Assembly: GCF_006345805.1 (NCBI RefSeq)
Contig: NW_021827349.1
Span: 1 to 9,563, forward strand
DNA from: Octopus sinensis
Lineage: Eukaryota
Length of the DNA stretch: 9,563 nucleotides
Direction of reading: 5' to 3'
Position 1 is the first letter of the stretch, and every line of letters starts with the position of its first letter. The position numbers and the translations under genes were made by a program. Of this stretch, positions 1 to 7,512 are shown one piece after another. Below the pieces are notes generated by a model. The model was not told the origin of the DNA and searched no databases. It saw only the letters and a program-made list of their open reading frames with translations.

Positions 1-379
1 AATCTTGCATTTGATTCGGGCCACGTGTTCCCCCGTATTAGTTTTATTTGCCCAAAGTGAATGCCTATTCGTCCTAAAGTTTGGTATGAACCAGTAGAGT
101 TATACTTCAATGATGAGGTCTCACAATATCGGAACGTGGCCAGAGTTGTCCCACATGCTTAACAAAGCTCAGGTTTATTTTAGACTACGTGCCTTGTTTT
201 CTTCATCCAATTTTTAAAAAATTTAAAAATTGAGTTTATTTTTTGCCTTAGATCATAATTATCTTTCCCAGTAATTATTTTTCTTTTCATTTACGACTAT
301 AATTCTAAGTTTTATTATGTAGTTGATAAAATGATTGTTTGACTCCCTTCCTTACGTACTTTCTACCCCCACTTAACTA

Positions 380-402
380 TGTGTGTGTGTGTGTGTGTGT
401 GT
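380..402. repeat. (TG)n microsatellite
   Basis: About 11 uninterrupted TG units seen directly, with a degenerate TG-rich extension to ~412. Confidence 0.95.
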
Positions 403-735
403 ATGTTTGTGTTTCAAAAATGCCTGTTACTAGATTTTTGGGTGACTCGGTTTCATCAAAACTGGCCAGAAGCCAATTATCAATCGGGTAACTCAGAACT
501 ACGACAGGAAAGCCGTCTTTGGTGTTGATAAACACGGAACGGAAATTCTAGTCACTTTCGTTTGGAGCATCGAAAACATTTCTGGGAAAATTAGCTAAAA
601 CCACAGCATTTCGTAAAAGGAGCAACGAATAAAATAAGTAAATATTACATGTACCTTTGAAAAATGCAGATATGTGAATATTTGGAATTTTAACATCAAA
701 TAAAAAATAAAAATAAAAACATAAAAATTATATGA

Positions 736-854
736 ACGCGCAGTAGTGGCTGTGTGGTAAGTAGCTTGCTTACTAGCCACATGGTTCCAGCCTCAAACCG
801 ACCAAAGCCTTGTGAGTAGATTTAGTAGACGGAAACTGAAGGAAGCCCGTCGTA

Positions 855-908
<54 letters not shown>

Positions 909-1130
909 ACTGTATGTTTGTGTGTCTGTGTTTGTCCCCCTCCCCTAGCATTGCTTGACAACCGATGCTGGTGCGTTTACGTCCCCGTAACTTAGCAGTT
1001 CGGCAACAGTGACCGATAGAATAAGTACTAGGCTTACAAAGAACAAGTCCTGGGGGTCGATTTGCTCGACTAAAAGCGGTGCTCCAGCATGGCCGCAGTC
1101 AAATGGACTGACACAAGTAAAAGAGTAAAA
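736..1130 (+). mobile_element. tRNA-derived SINE copy with ~47-nt internal deletion
   Basis: Colinear with the full-length copy at 4972-5390: A-box-like TGGCTGTGTGG, then GACCAAAGCCTTGTGAG, internal (TA)n(TG)n, and the 3' block GCTCCAGCATGGCCGCAGTCAAATG ending in an AAAAGAGTAAAA tail. It lacks the segment GGGTTCAGTCCC...CTGCTAT (B box and CORE-like part). Confidence 0.9.
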
Positions 1131-1134
1131 AGAA

Positions 1135-1156
1135 AGAGAGAGAGAGAGAGAGAGAG
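1135..1156. repeat. (GA)n microsatellite at SINE tail
   Basis: Pure GA run directly after the SINE 3' end. Confidence 0.9.
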
Positions 1157-1578
1157 ATAGAGATTGGAAGTAGATTAATATAATGTTAGTAATGCCAGAA
1201 AGTCGAAGCGATTCAGTCATTTGTAATTCTTTTGCACACACCTCACTGATATATTTCTACGTATTTACATATTCCATGAAGCTGTGCTCCGATCCGTAAA
1301 ATGAATCTGTACAGATAACTACATTTTCTGAAAGCTACAGATTTAGCATTTAAATATAATTCTGATTGTAGCGAAGATTCTAAGATCAGTCTTTTCCCTG
1401 CCGTGCACAGGCCACATCTATAGCTGCCATTTTATTAAAGAGTGATTCATCTTTGAAAGACTTCTCAAGTAATGATATAGTTTGAAGCATTTTCTTTCAA
1501 TGATCAAAGATGTATAGAATTTCGTTGCATTCTGCTTTTCGATGTTCTTGAATGAATTTTTTTTTTATTTTCCTTCAG

Positions 1579-1710
1579 TCACACTCTTACATTTTTGAGT
1601 GGTACAATTTGTTCCTGTCTACTCTGTCTATCACAACTTCTGCATTAGAGGACCCATTCGGCGAGTATGTGCTGGTTTATTTACATGAACAACCAGTCTC
1701 AGTTGATAAG
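1579..1710 (+). CDS. Internal coding exon of an unidentified gene (44 aa, phase 0/0): SHSYIFEWYNLFLSTLSITTSALEDPFGEYVLVYLHEQPVSVDK
   Basis: Strong acceptor (T-rich tract from ~1557, TTTTATTTTCCTTCAG| ending at 1578). Consensus donor AAG|GTGAGT at 1711. Length is 132 nt, a multiple of 3, and frame 0 is open throughout with non-repetitive, protein-like composition. Family not recognised. Confidence 0.75.
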
Positions 1711-2290
1711 GTGAGTTTATAGAATATAATATTCTTCATATTAGCAATGCACTTATAGTTTACTTTAAGGTTAAGGCGATTAGTTCCCCATATCTATGGA
1801 TAATCGGGAAATGTTTGCATTATTAAATTTAATGTTGGATTGAACGTTTAGTGAATAAGCCAAATGATATTTCGACGTCATTTCTTCACGAGAGTCCAGT
1901 GTTGGAAATAAATATACGTGATCTCATCTTTAAAAGCGCTCGCTTTTTAAGACGCCATTATAGTAGCTGTCTGGTCGACGACATCTTTATTTGAGAACAA
2001 TTTCGAAATCAACCTACTTAGATTGTAGAAAAGATCGTTAAAGACTATAAATGAGTGGCAGGAACCTGTGTACATATAAGCTAACATTTCATTTGGTTTT
2101 ATAAATGGTTTATACGAGTTAACAATTTAAATTTAAGCTCATGAACTTAAAACTATGTTTAAACTTATCGATATTGTAAATTTAAGGTCAGAAGTACTGA
2201 ATCGAACGACTTCGTGCTTACATCGAAGAAACTAGCTGACTCAGAACTCTGAAAGTAGACGGACTCCATATAAAAAAGTCGGGTTTCCTT

Positions 2291-2552
2291 CCGGTCATAG
2301 AGTTGCTAATGGTTTCGCATCTGTAAAGCGCTTGGCTTTATAGACGACTCGTCAGACTCTAATGGCGGAGGGCACATAACCACTCTTCAAACTGGATGTA
2401 GAAAACCGTTACGGTCAGTTACAAGTTTACAAATTAACTGACTATATCAGTTTTCTACCACCAATTTGAAGAGAGTTTATATGCCCTCCGCCATTAGAGT
2501 TTCATTCGTCGCCAATAAAACTAAGCGCTTTATTGGTCAAATTATGACCGGG
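2291..2552. mobile_element. Degenerate foldback/MITE-like palindrome (family A, older copy; homology probably extends over ~2220-2624)
   Basis: Perfect 19-bp inverted repeat ACTCTAATGGCGGAGGGCA (2356-2374 vs 2482-2500). Additional paired blocks: CCGGTCATA (2291-2299 vs 2544-2552), AAAGCGCTT (2325-2333 vs 2523-2531), CTCTTCAAA, GTAGAAAAC and GTCAGTTA, closing a ~13-nt loop near 2422-2434. Confidence 0.85.
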
Positions 2553-2633
2553 CGTCTATTTAACTGCATGTAAATGCATTACTGCTCTGTTCTTTAGAGT
2601 ATGCTTCTTTTACGGACATATGATCCACTGATG

Positions 2634-2636
<3 letters not shown>

Positions 2637-2666
<30 letters not shown>

Positions 2667-2691
2667 TGTATGTATGTATGTATGTATGTAT
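2637..2691. repeat. (TATG)n microsatellite
   Basis: About 13 TATG units seen directly. Confidence 0.95.
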
Positions 2692-2741
2692 AATATTATA
2701 TTATATCAAAAGGATGTGTTATAATACTATTCCACATATAA

Positions 2742-3312
2742 AAAAATAACATAAATCCGAAAGAAGCCCACTCTAAGATGTAGAGCAGTATATATTAAAA
2801 ATGGGGAAGGTCGGTTTATATGCCATCATCAGCTGCCCCACGGATATCATTATGGTTTCGACGCCTGGGCAGTACCATTCAATCCGGTGGTGTCAACAGC
2901 ACTAAAATAAGTGTGGTTTGGGAACAAACATACGAAAGAAACAATTTTCAAACACATTTATCCAATGTACATCAGTATCTGTATATAAATTCAATAAATA
3001 AATCTATAACCAATTCCTAAATACGTAACTACTAAACAGCATATAATAAAAATAGGGAAGGTCGGTTTATGGGACTACCTTAGGTTTTCCGTCCATAAAC
3101 GGTTTAGCTTTATTGCGTATCGTCAGACCCCGCTTCCATATTTTATAGAGATTATGGGCCAACAGGTTTTGGGATCTGACGATACGCCATAAAGCTAAAC
3201 CCTTTATGGACGGGAACCCTAAGGTAATCTCATAAAGCGGCCTTCCCCATTTTTAATATGTACTGCTCTACATCTTAGAGTGTGCTTCTTCTTTCGGATT
3301 TATGTTATTTTT
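2742..3312. mobile_element. Foldback/MITE-like element (family A, better-preserved copy) with interrupted left arm
   Basis: Outer arms 2742-2819 and 3232-3312 are near-perfect inverted repeats (AAAAATAACATAAATCCGAAAGAAG...GGGGAAGG). Inner arms 3037-3131 and 3171-3265 pair around a 39-nt spacer. TA dinucleotides lie close to both ends, but a TSD is not certain. Confidence 0.85.
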
Positions 3313-3332
3313 ACAAACGATTTATATATATA

Positions 3333-3735
3333 CTAGCAGTATCGCCCGGCGTTGCTCGGGTTTGTAAGGGAAATAACTATATAAGCATTTTTAGAGATGT
3401 AAAGTATAATAGCCATCTCAATATGGCTAACCACGAAGGGGGGGGGGTGTTACCGTAGCTTTTTACGTTCTGCGATTTAATAATACATTTTTAGAGAGTT
3501 ACTTCCCTTATATAATAGCAAAAAAAATGCATTAAAAATGGGAAAAAATGATTGGTAAATTTTTTTTTAAATCGTATAGACTCATCGTAGACGCGCGCTA
3601 ATACCCAGAAGGGCTCGATATGAATCACGACTATAAGATACCCGGTTTTGGTTAAACTGCACCGCAAAATGTGGGAGTAGTTAGGAATCTAAATCGTAGG
3701 AGACAGACACACAACTTCTCTTTTATATATAAAGA
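3333..3735 (-). mobile_element. Non-autonomous Helitron (~403 bp)
   Basis: On the minus strand it begins 5'-TCTTTATATATAAAA and ends CTAG-3'. It sits between host A (3736) and T (3332) with no TSD. A GC-rich hairpin CCCGAGCAACGCCGGG (3345-3360) lies 8 nt before the CTAG. These are the established Helitron terminal hallmarks. No Rep/helicase ORF. Confidence 0.85.
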
Positions 3736-3776
3736 TATATATGTGTGTGTGTGTGTGTGTATGTATATGTATGTAT
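3736..3776. repeat. Compound (TA)n(TG)n(TATG)n microsatellite
   Basis: Seen directly, abutting the Helitron 5' end. Confidence 0.85.
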
Positions 3777-3817
3777 AACAGCATCAGCGCCAGGCACTGG
3801 TCAAGAATAAACGAACT

Positions 3818-3882
3818 TTATCCTTTTATCTTTTTCTTCTTTTACAAGTTTCAGTCATTGGGCTGTGGTCAGACTGGAGCAC
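3818..3882 (-). mobile_element. SINE 3'-end fragment, antisense orientation
   Basis: The reverse complement reads GTGCTCCAGTCTGACCACAGCCCAATGACTGAAACTTGTAAAAGA plus an A-rich tail. This matches the 3' end of the + strand copies (GTGCTCCAGCATGGCCGCAGTCAAATGACTGAAACAAGTAAAAGA). Confidence 0.8.
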
Positions 3883-4204
3883 AGGTTAGTTAAAATATGT
3901 TTGTCAAATATTTTGACTTCTAATGGCAAATTAGTGAATCAGTTGCCGTGGAGAAACATTTTCTCTCTTATGGTAAAAGGTATAAAAACACCATGTTTGC
4001 CCAATGCTTCCCTCTATTGGACCCCCTAGCCTAGCTGGGCCAGAGGAGGGGTTGCTGTTGTTGTTGTTGTTGGGGCGGAGCTCCGGGCGGCACATTTAGA
4101 GGGGCACTACTTTTGGGTCTGGTGTAGGCAATATGTCTTTTTGTGAGGTCCGGGGGCGGCAAATGGAAGGCTCGCCTCGGGCGGCACACACTCTAACCAC
4201 GCAA

Positions 4205-4450
4205 GTGTGTGTGTGCGAATGTGCGCGTGTATTTGTGTCTGTGTTTGTCCCCACACCGCTTGACAACCGGTGCTGGTTTGTTTACGTCCCCCGTAACTTA
4301 AGCGGTTCGGTAAAAGCCAAGATAGAATAACTACCATGCTCTACAAAGAAACAAGTACTGGGGTCGACTTGTCTGACTAAAACCCAACACTTGAAACCCT
4401 TCAAGGCGAGGTGCCCCAGCATGGGCGCAGTCGAATGACTGAAACAAGTA
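4205..4450 (+). mobile_element. 5'-truncated, diverged SINE copy (3' half)
   Basis: Starts in the (TG)n region, then TGTTTGTCCCC, CTTGACAACCG, TTTACGTCCCCCGTAACTTA, GATAGAATAA, GGGGTCGAC and ATGACTGAAACAAGTAA, in the same order as in 4972-5390. Confidence 0.85.
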
Positions 4451-4480
4451 ACAGAACTACTCCAGGAAACTTTTGGTACC

Positions 4481-4560
4481 ACCTCCCCTCCTCTTTCTGC
4501 CCCCCTCTCTCCTCCCCTCTTACTCTTCCCTTCTCTCTGCCCCTCTACCCCCTCCCTCTC
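4481..4560. repeat. Polypyrimidine (C/T-rich) low-complexity tract
   Basis: About 80 nt almost entirely C/T, between two SINE copies. Confidence 0.8.
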
Positions 4561-4569
4561 TATATACAT

Positions 4570-4946
4570 AGGTTCAGGCGTGGTTGTGTGGTAAGAAGTT
4601 TGCTTCCCAATCACATGGTTCCGGGTTCAGTCCCATTGCGTGGCACCTTCAGCAAGTGTCTTTTTCTATAGCTTCGGGCTGACCAAAGCCTTGTGAGTGG
4701 ATTTGGTAGACGGAAACTAAAAGAAGCCCGTGTGTTTGTGTTTGTCCCCTCCCCCCACCGCTTGACAACAGCTGTTGGTGTGCTTACGTCCCCGTCACTT
4801 AATGGTTCGGCAAATAGAGACGAGATGGATAGAATAAGTACTAGGCTTACAAAGAGTAAGTCCTGGGAGCCGATTTGTTCGGATAGAAGGCCGTGCTCCA
4901 GCATGGCCGCAGTCAAATGACTGAAACAAATAGAAGAATACAAGAA
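4570..4946 (+). mobile_element. Full-length, more diverged tRNA-derived SINE copy
   Basis: Head AGGTTCAGGCGTGGTTGTGTGGTAAG, B-box-like GGTTCAGTCCC, CORE-like GGCACCTTCAGCAAGTGTCTT, 3' block GCTCCAGCATGGCCGCAGTCAAATGACTGAAAC and an (AAGAATA)-like tail. The internal microsatellite is very short in this copy. Confidence 0.9.
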
Positions 4947-4971
4947 TACACACACACATATATGTATATAT

Positions 4972-5388
4972 AGGCGCAGGAGTGGCTGTGTGGTAAGTAG
5001 CTTGCTTACCAACCACATGGTTCCGGGTTCAGTCCCACTGCGTGGCACCTTGGGCAAATGTCTTCTGCTATAGCCCCGGGCCGACCAATGCCTTGTGAGT
5101 GGATTTGGTAGACGGAAACTGAAGGAAGCCTGTCGTATATATGTATATATATGTAAGTGTGTGTGTATATGTTTGTGTGTCTGTGTTTGTCCCCCTAACA
5201 TTGCTTGACAACAGATGCTGGTGTGTTTACGTCCCCGTCACTTAGCGGTTCGGCAAAAGGCACCGATAGAATAAGTACTGGGCTTACAAAGAATAAGTCC
5301 CGGGGTCGATTTGCTCGACTAAAGGCGGTGCTCCAGCATGGCCGCAGTCAAATGACTGAAACAAGTAAAAGAGTAAAAGAGTAAAAGA

Positions 5389-5390
<2 letters not shown>
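4972..5390 (+). mobile_element. Full-length, well-preserved tRNA-derived SINE (resembles octopus OR-type/CORE-like SINEs; family name is inference)
   Basis: Pol III A-box-like TGGCTGTGTGG (4983-4993) and B-box-like GGTTCAGTCCC (5026-5036). GGCACCTTGGGCAAATGTCTT (5044-5064) resembles the CORE/MIR motif GTGACCTTGGGCAAGTCACTT. Internal TA/TG microsatellite, tandem (GTAAAAGA)3 tail, flanked by TA-rich runs. Confidence 0.92.

Positions 5391-5422
<32 letters not shown>
5390..5422. repeat. (TA)n microsatellite
   Basis: About 16 TA units following the SINE tail. Confidence 0.95.
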
Positions 5423-5426
<4 letters not shown>

Positions 5427-5576
5427 ATATAGTAATATATGTGTAAAAAGGTTGAATTAAAGTTCGTCCTTTATTTTGGAAGATTCCCCAAAAAGATTTC
5501 TAAAACTAATTCTTCATAATTTGCTGGTATCTTACGGGCGGCGTAAGTTTGCGAATATGAAAATAATACTTGTATA

Positions 5577-5769
5577 TGGTGTGTTACGGGAATTTATGGA
5601 AAGGAATCCCGTAAAACTCAAGAAATTTGTTAAAAACGGAAAAGAGATGTTAAAATATACAAGAGAATTTTAAAACTCTCTTGTTTATTTTAACAACTTG
5701 TACTTCTCCATTTTTTAACTAAATTGTCGAATTTTATGGGATTCCTTTCCATAAATTCATAACACATCA
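5577..5769. mobile_element. Spacerless foldback palindrome/MITE-like element, TA-flanked
   Basis: Perfect 21-bp inverted repeat GAATTTATGGAAAGGAATCCC (5590-5610 vs 5738-5758). Pairing continues inward to a self-complementary centre, CAAGAGAATTTT/AAAACTCTCTTG (axis 5671/5672). Ends are TA|TGGTGTGTTA and TAACACATCA|TA. Confidence 0.85.
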
Positions 5770-5781
5770 TATATATATATA

Positions 5782-5993
5782 CATTCAACAATATAAGGAA
5801 TGGCCCATAATAGGACATTCGACCCACTAGAAAGAGCAGCCAAACTCAAACCGCTAAATAGTTGTAATTCTGAAATCGAAAGAGAAATAAATTGAAAGAG
5901 AAATAATTACAACTATTTAGCGGTTTGAGTTTTTAGCTGCTTTTTCTAGTGGGTCGAATGTCCTATTATGGCCATTCCTTATATTGTTGAATG
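5782..5993. mobile_element. Young MITE with ~88-bp TIRs and TA flanks (Tc1/mariner-type inferred)
   Basis: Arms 5782-5869 and 5905-5993 are nearly perfect inverted repeats. Ends are TA|CATTCAAC and GTTGAATG|TA, consistent with a TA target duplication. The 35-nt spacer carries GAAAGAGAAATAA twice (5878-5890 and 5894-5906). Confidence 0.9.
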
Positions 5994-6083
5994 TATATTA
6001 TATAGTTTTTGACTATCTTTTCTTAATCACTGGACCGCTGTAGCGGAGAATTTTTTTGCTACCCTTATATTTATTAATATTAT

Positions 6084-6084
6084 A

Positions 6085-6118
<34 letters not shown>

Positions 6119-6198
6119 CATATATACACACACACATATGTATATATGTACATATACATATATGTGTGTGTGTGAGTGCATATATATATATATATATA
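6084..6198. repeat. Compound (TA)n/(CA)n/(TG)n microsatellite
   Basis: Seen directly; the CA run followed by a TG run makes it quasi-palindromic. Confidence 0.9.
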
Positions 6199-6495
6199 CT
6201 AAGTAATTAAGGGTTTAGCAACGATTTGCCTCACCACACACCGAATTTAGAAATAGCAGTCAAAGAGTTTTGGCTATTCTTTCTAATTAAAAGGGAGATC
6301 CCAGTAAAACCACAGCACTTAAAAGGCAAACAACGTATATATATATATACATGCATGGAACAGATGATGATGGTTATGATCAGAGGCTGGCATCTCTGTT
6401 CGCCATGGGTCTGTCGGATTGGAGCTAAGCTGATGCTAAACAAAAAACAACAATAACAAAGGCATTTAGTTTAACCACCACCCCACTATAAATAC

Positions 6496-6500
6496 ATATA

Positions 6501-6536
<36 letters not shown>

Positions 6537-6542
6537 TGTATA

Positions 6543-6578
<36 letters not shown>

Positions 6579-6586
6579 TGTATGTA

Positions 6587-6622
<36 letters not shown>

Positions 6623-6632
6623 TGTATGTATA
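6496..6632. repeat. Compound (TA)n/(TATG)n microsatellite with three higher-order units
   Basis: Three blocks of a short TA run followed by ~8-9 TATG units. Confidence 0.95.
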
Positions 6633-6731
6633 TCTATATAAGCCCTTCTGTGGTATATATCCGTCCTTACAACTTTTAAGTTCGTGTAAATAAAGCTCCA
6701 TTTTGACTGTAAATACTATTAACCAGGCCGA

Positions 6732-6990
6732 CTGTTGTTGTTTTTGTTGTTGTTATCGTTACTATTCGTCCCTCATTCCTTCTTTCTTTCCAATTCTTTC
6801 TTCCTCTCCTCCGCCCACCCCGCCTCTGCTTTCTGTTCTTTTTCCTCCCCATTTTATCTCCTCCTCCTCCTTCTCCTCCTCCCCACGATTCTTCTCGTCT
6901 TTCCATTTTCTCTCTTTCTCTCTCTCTCTCCTTTTCTTCTAATTCTTCGCTTTGTTTTTTGGGTTTTTTTCGATTTTTCTTTTTATTCCT
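6732..6990. repeat. Pyrimidine-rich low-complexity tract ((TTG)n, (CTC)n, (CT)n, poly-T)
   Basis: Strong C/T strand bias with short imperfect simple repeats. Confidence 0.8.
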
Positions 6991-6994
6991 CGGC

Positions 6995-7290
6995 GACACA
7001 CAGACAAACACACACACACATGCGTTGCAATACATATAAGCACACACACACATACAAACATACGTACACAAACACACACACACACAAACACACACACACG
7101 TAGCAATACATATAAACACACACACACACATACCTACACAAACACACACACACACACATACGTACACGTACACAAACACACACACATACAAGTACACACA
7201 CATATAAACACACGTACAAACACACACACACACACATACAAACATACACACGCACACTATATATATATATATATACATATACACACATAC
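6995..7290. repeat. Degenerate (CA)n microsatellite/minisatellite
   Basis: CA runs interrupted by recurring CATACAAA, CACGTA and CATATAA variants. Confidence 0.9.
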
Positions 7291-7357
7291 ACTGCCGAAT
7301 TCTTAGGGCTGAAACACACATGAATATAAAGTGAAAGAAAAGGAGAGATAGAGATAT

Positions 7358-7470
7358 GCACACACACACACACACACAACACATACACACACACACGTCA
7401 ACACACTCACAAAATAAACGAACACATCAACAACACACACACACACACACAGCCACGCGCACACGCGTAC
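7358..7470. repeat. Degenerate (CA)n tract
   Basis: Seen directly. Confidence 0.85.
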
Positions 7471-7512
7471 AACTCCACGCTCGTATCTCAGCAATTTTTT
7501 TTGAGAATCACT

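Noticed and set aside
61-162. Short ORF MPIRPKVWYEPVELYFNDEVSQYRNVARVVPHA
   Set aside because: Only 33 codons, bounded by stops, with no convincing splice sites or family resemblance.
434-487. Possible 54-nt exon (TAG|AT TTT TGG...TCG G|GTAACT; FWVTRFHQNWPEANYQS)
   Set aside because: Weak polypyrimidine tract and a mediocre donor. It ends in phase 1 and cannot splice directly to the phase-0 exon at 1579. No recognisable homology.
773-1241. ORFs 773-961 and 945-1241 (-), and similar ORFs at 4107-5201
   Set aside because: They are read-throughs of SINE copies and their microsatellites; the same pseudo-peptides recur at each copy.
1935-1950. Short palindrome AAAAGCG-CT-CGCTTTT; similar small hairpins at 3903-3917 and 5531-5547
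   Set aside because: Stems of 6-7 bp are expected by chance and have no supporting context.
4972-5045. tRNA gene
   Set aside because: A and B boxes are present, but it is the head of a multi-copy SINE and I cannot draw a complete cloverleaf.
5476-5673. 65-aa ORF in the track
   Set aside because: Starts at TTG, runs into a palindromic element, and has no homology or splice support.
596-6335. TAAAACCACAGCA shared between ~596 and ~6304
   Set aside because: One 13-nt match is close to chance expectation in 9.5 kb of AT-rich DNA, and the flanks align poorly.
6364-6434. Possible C/D box snoRNA (ATGATGA ... CTGA about 65 nt apart)
   Set aside because: No convincing terminal stem, no clear C' box, and no rRNA/snRNA complement I can identify. 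ATGATGA is common in this (ATG)n-rich genome.
6486-7494. Long ORFs (up to 202 aa) of alternating VC/HT/YI residues
   Set aside because: They are translations of (CA)n, (TA)n and (TATG)n repeats, which lack stops in some frames.
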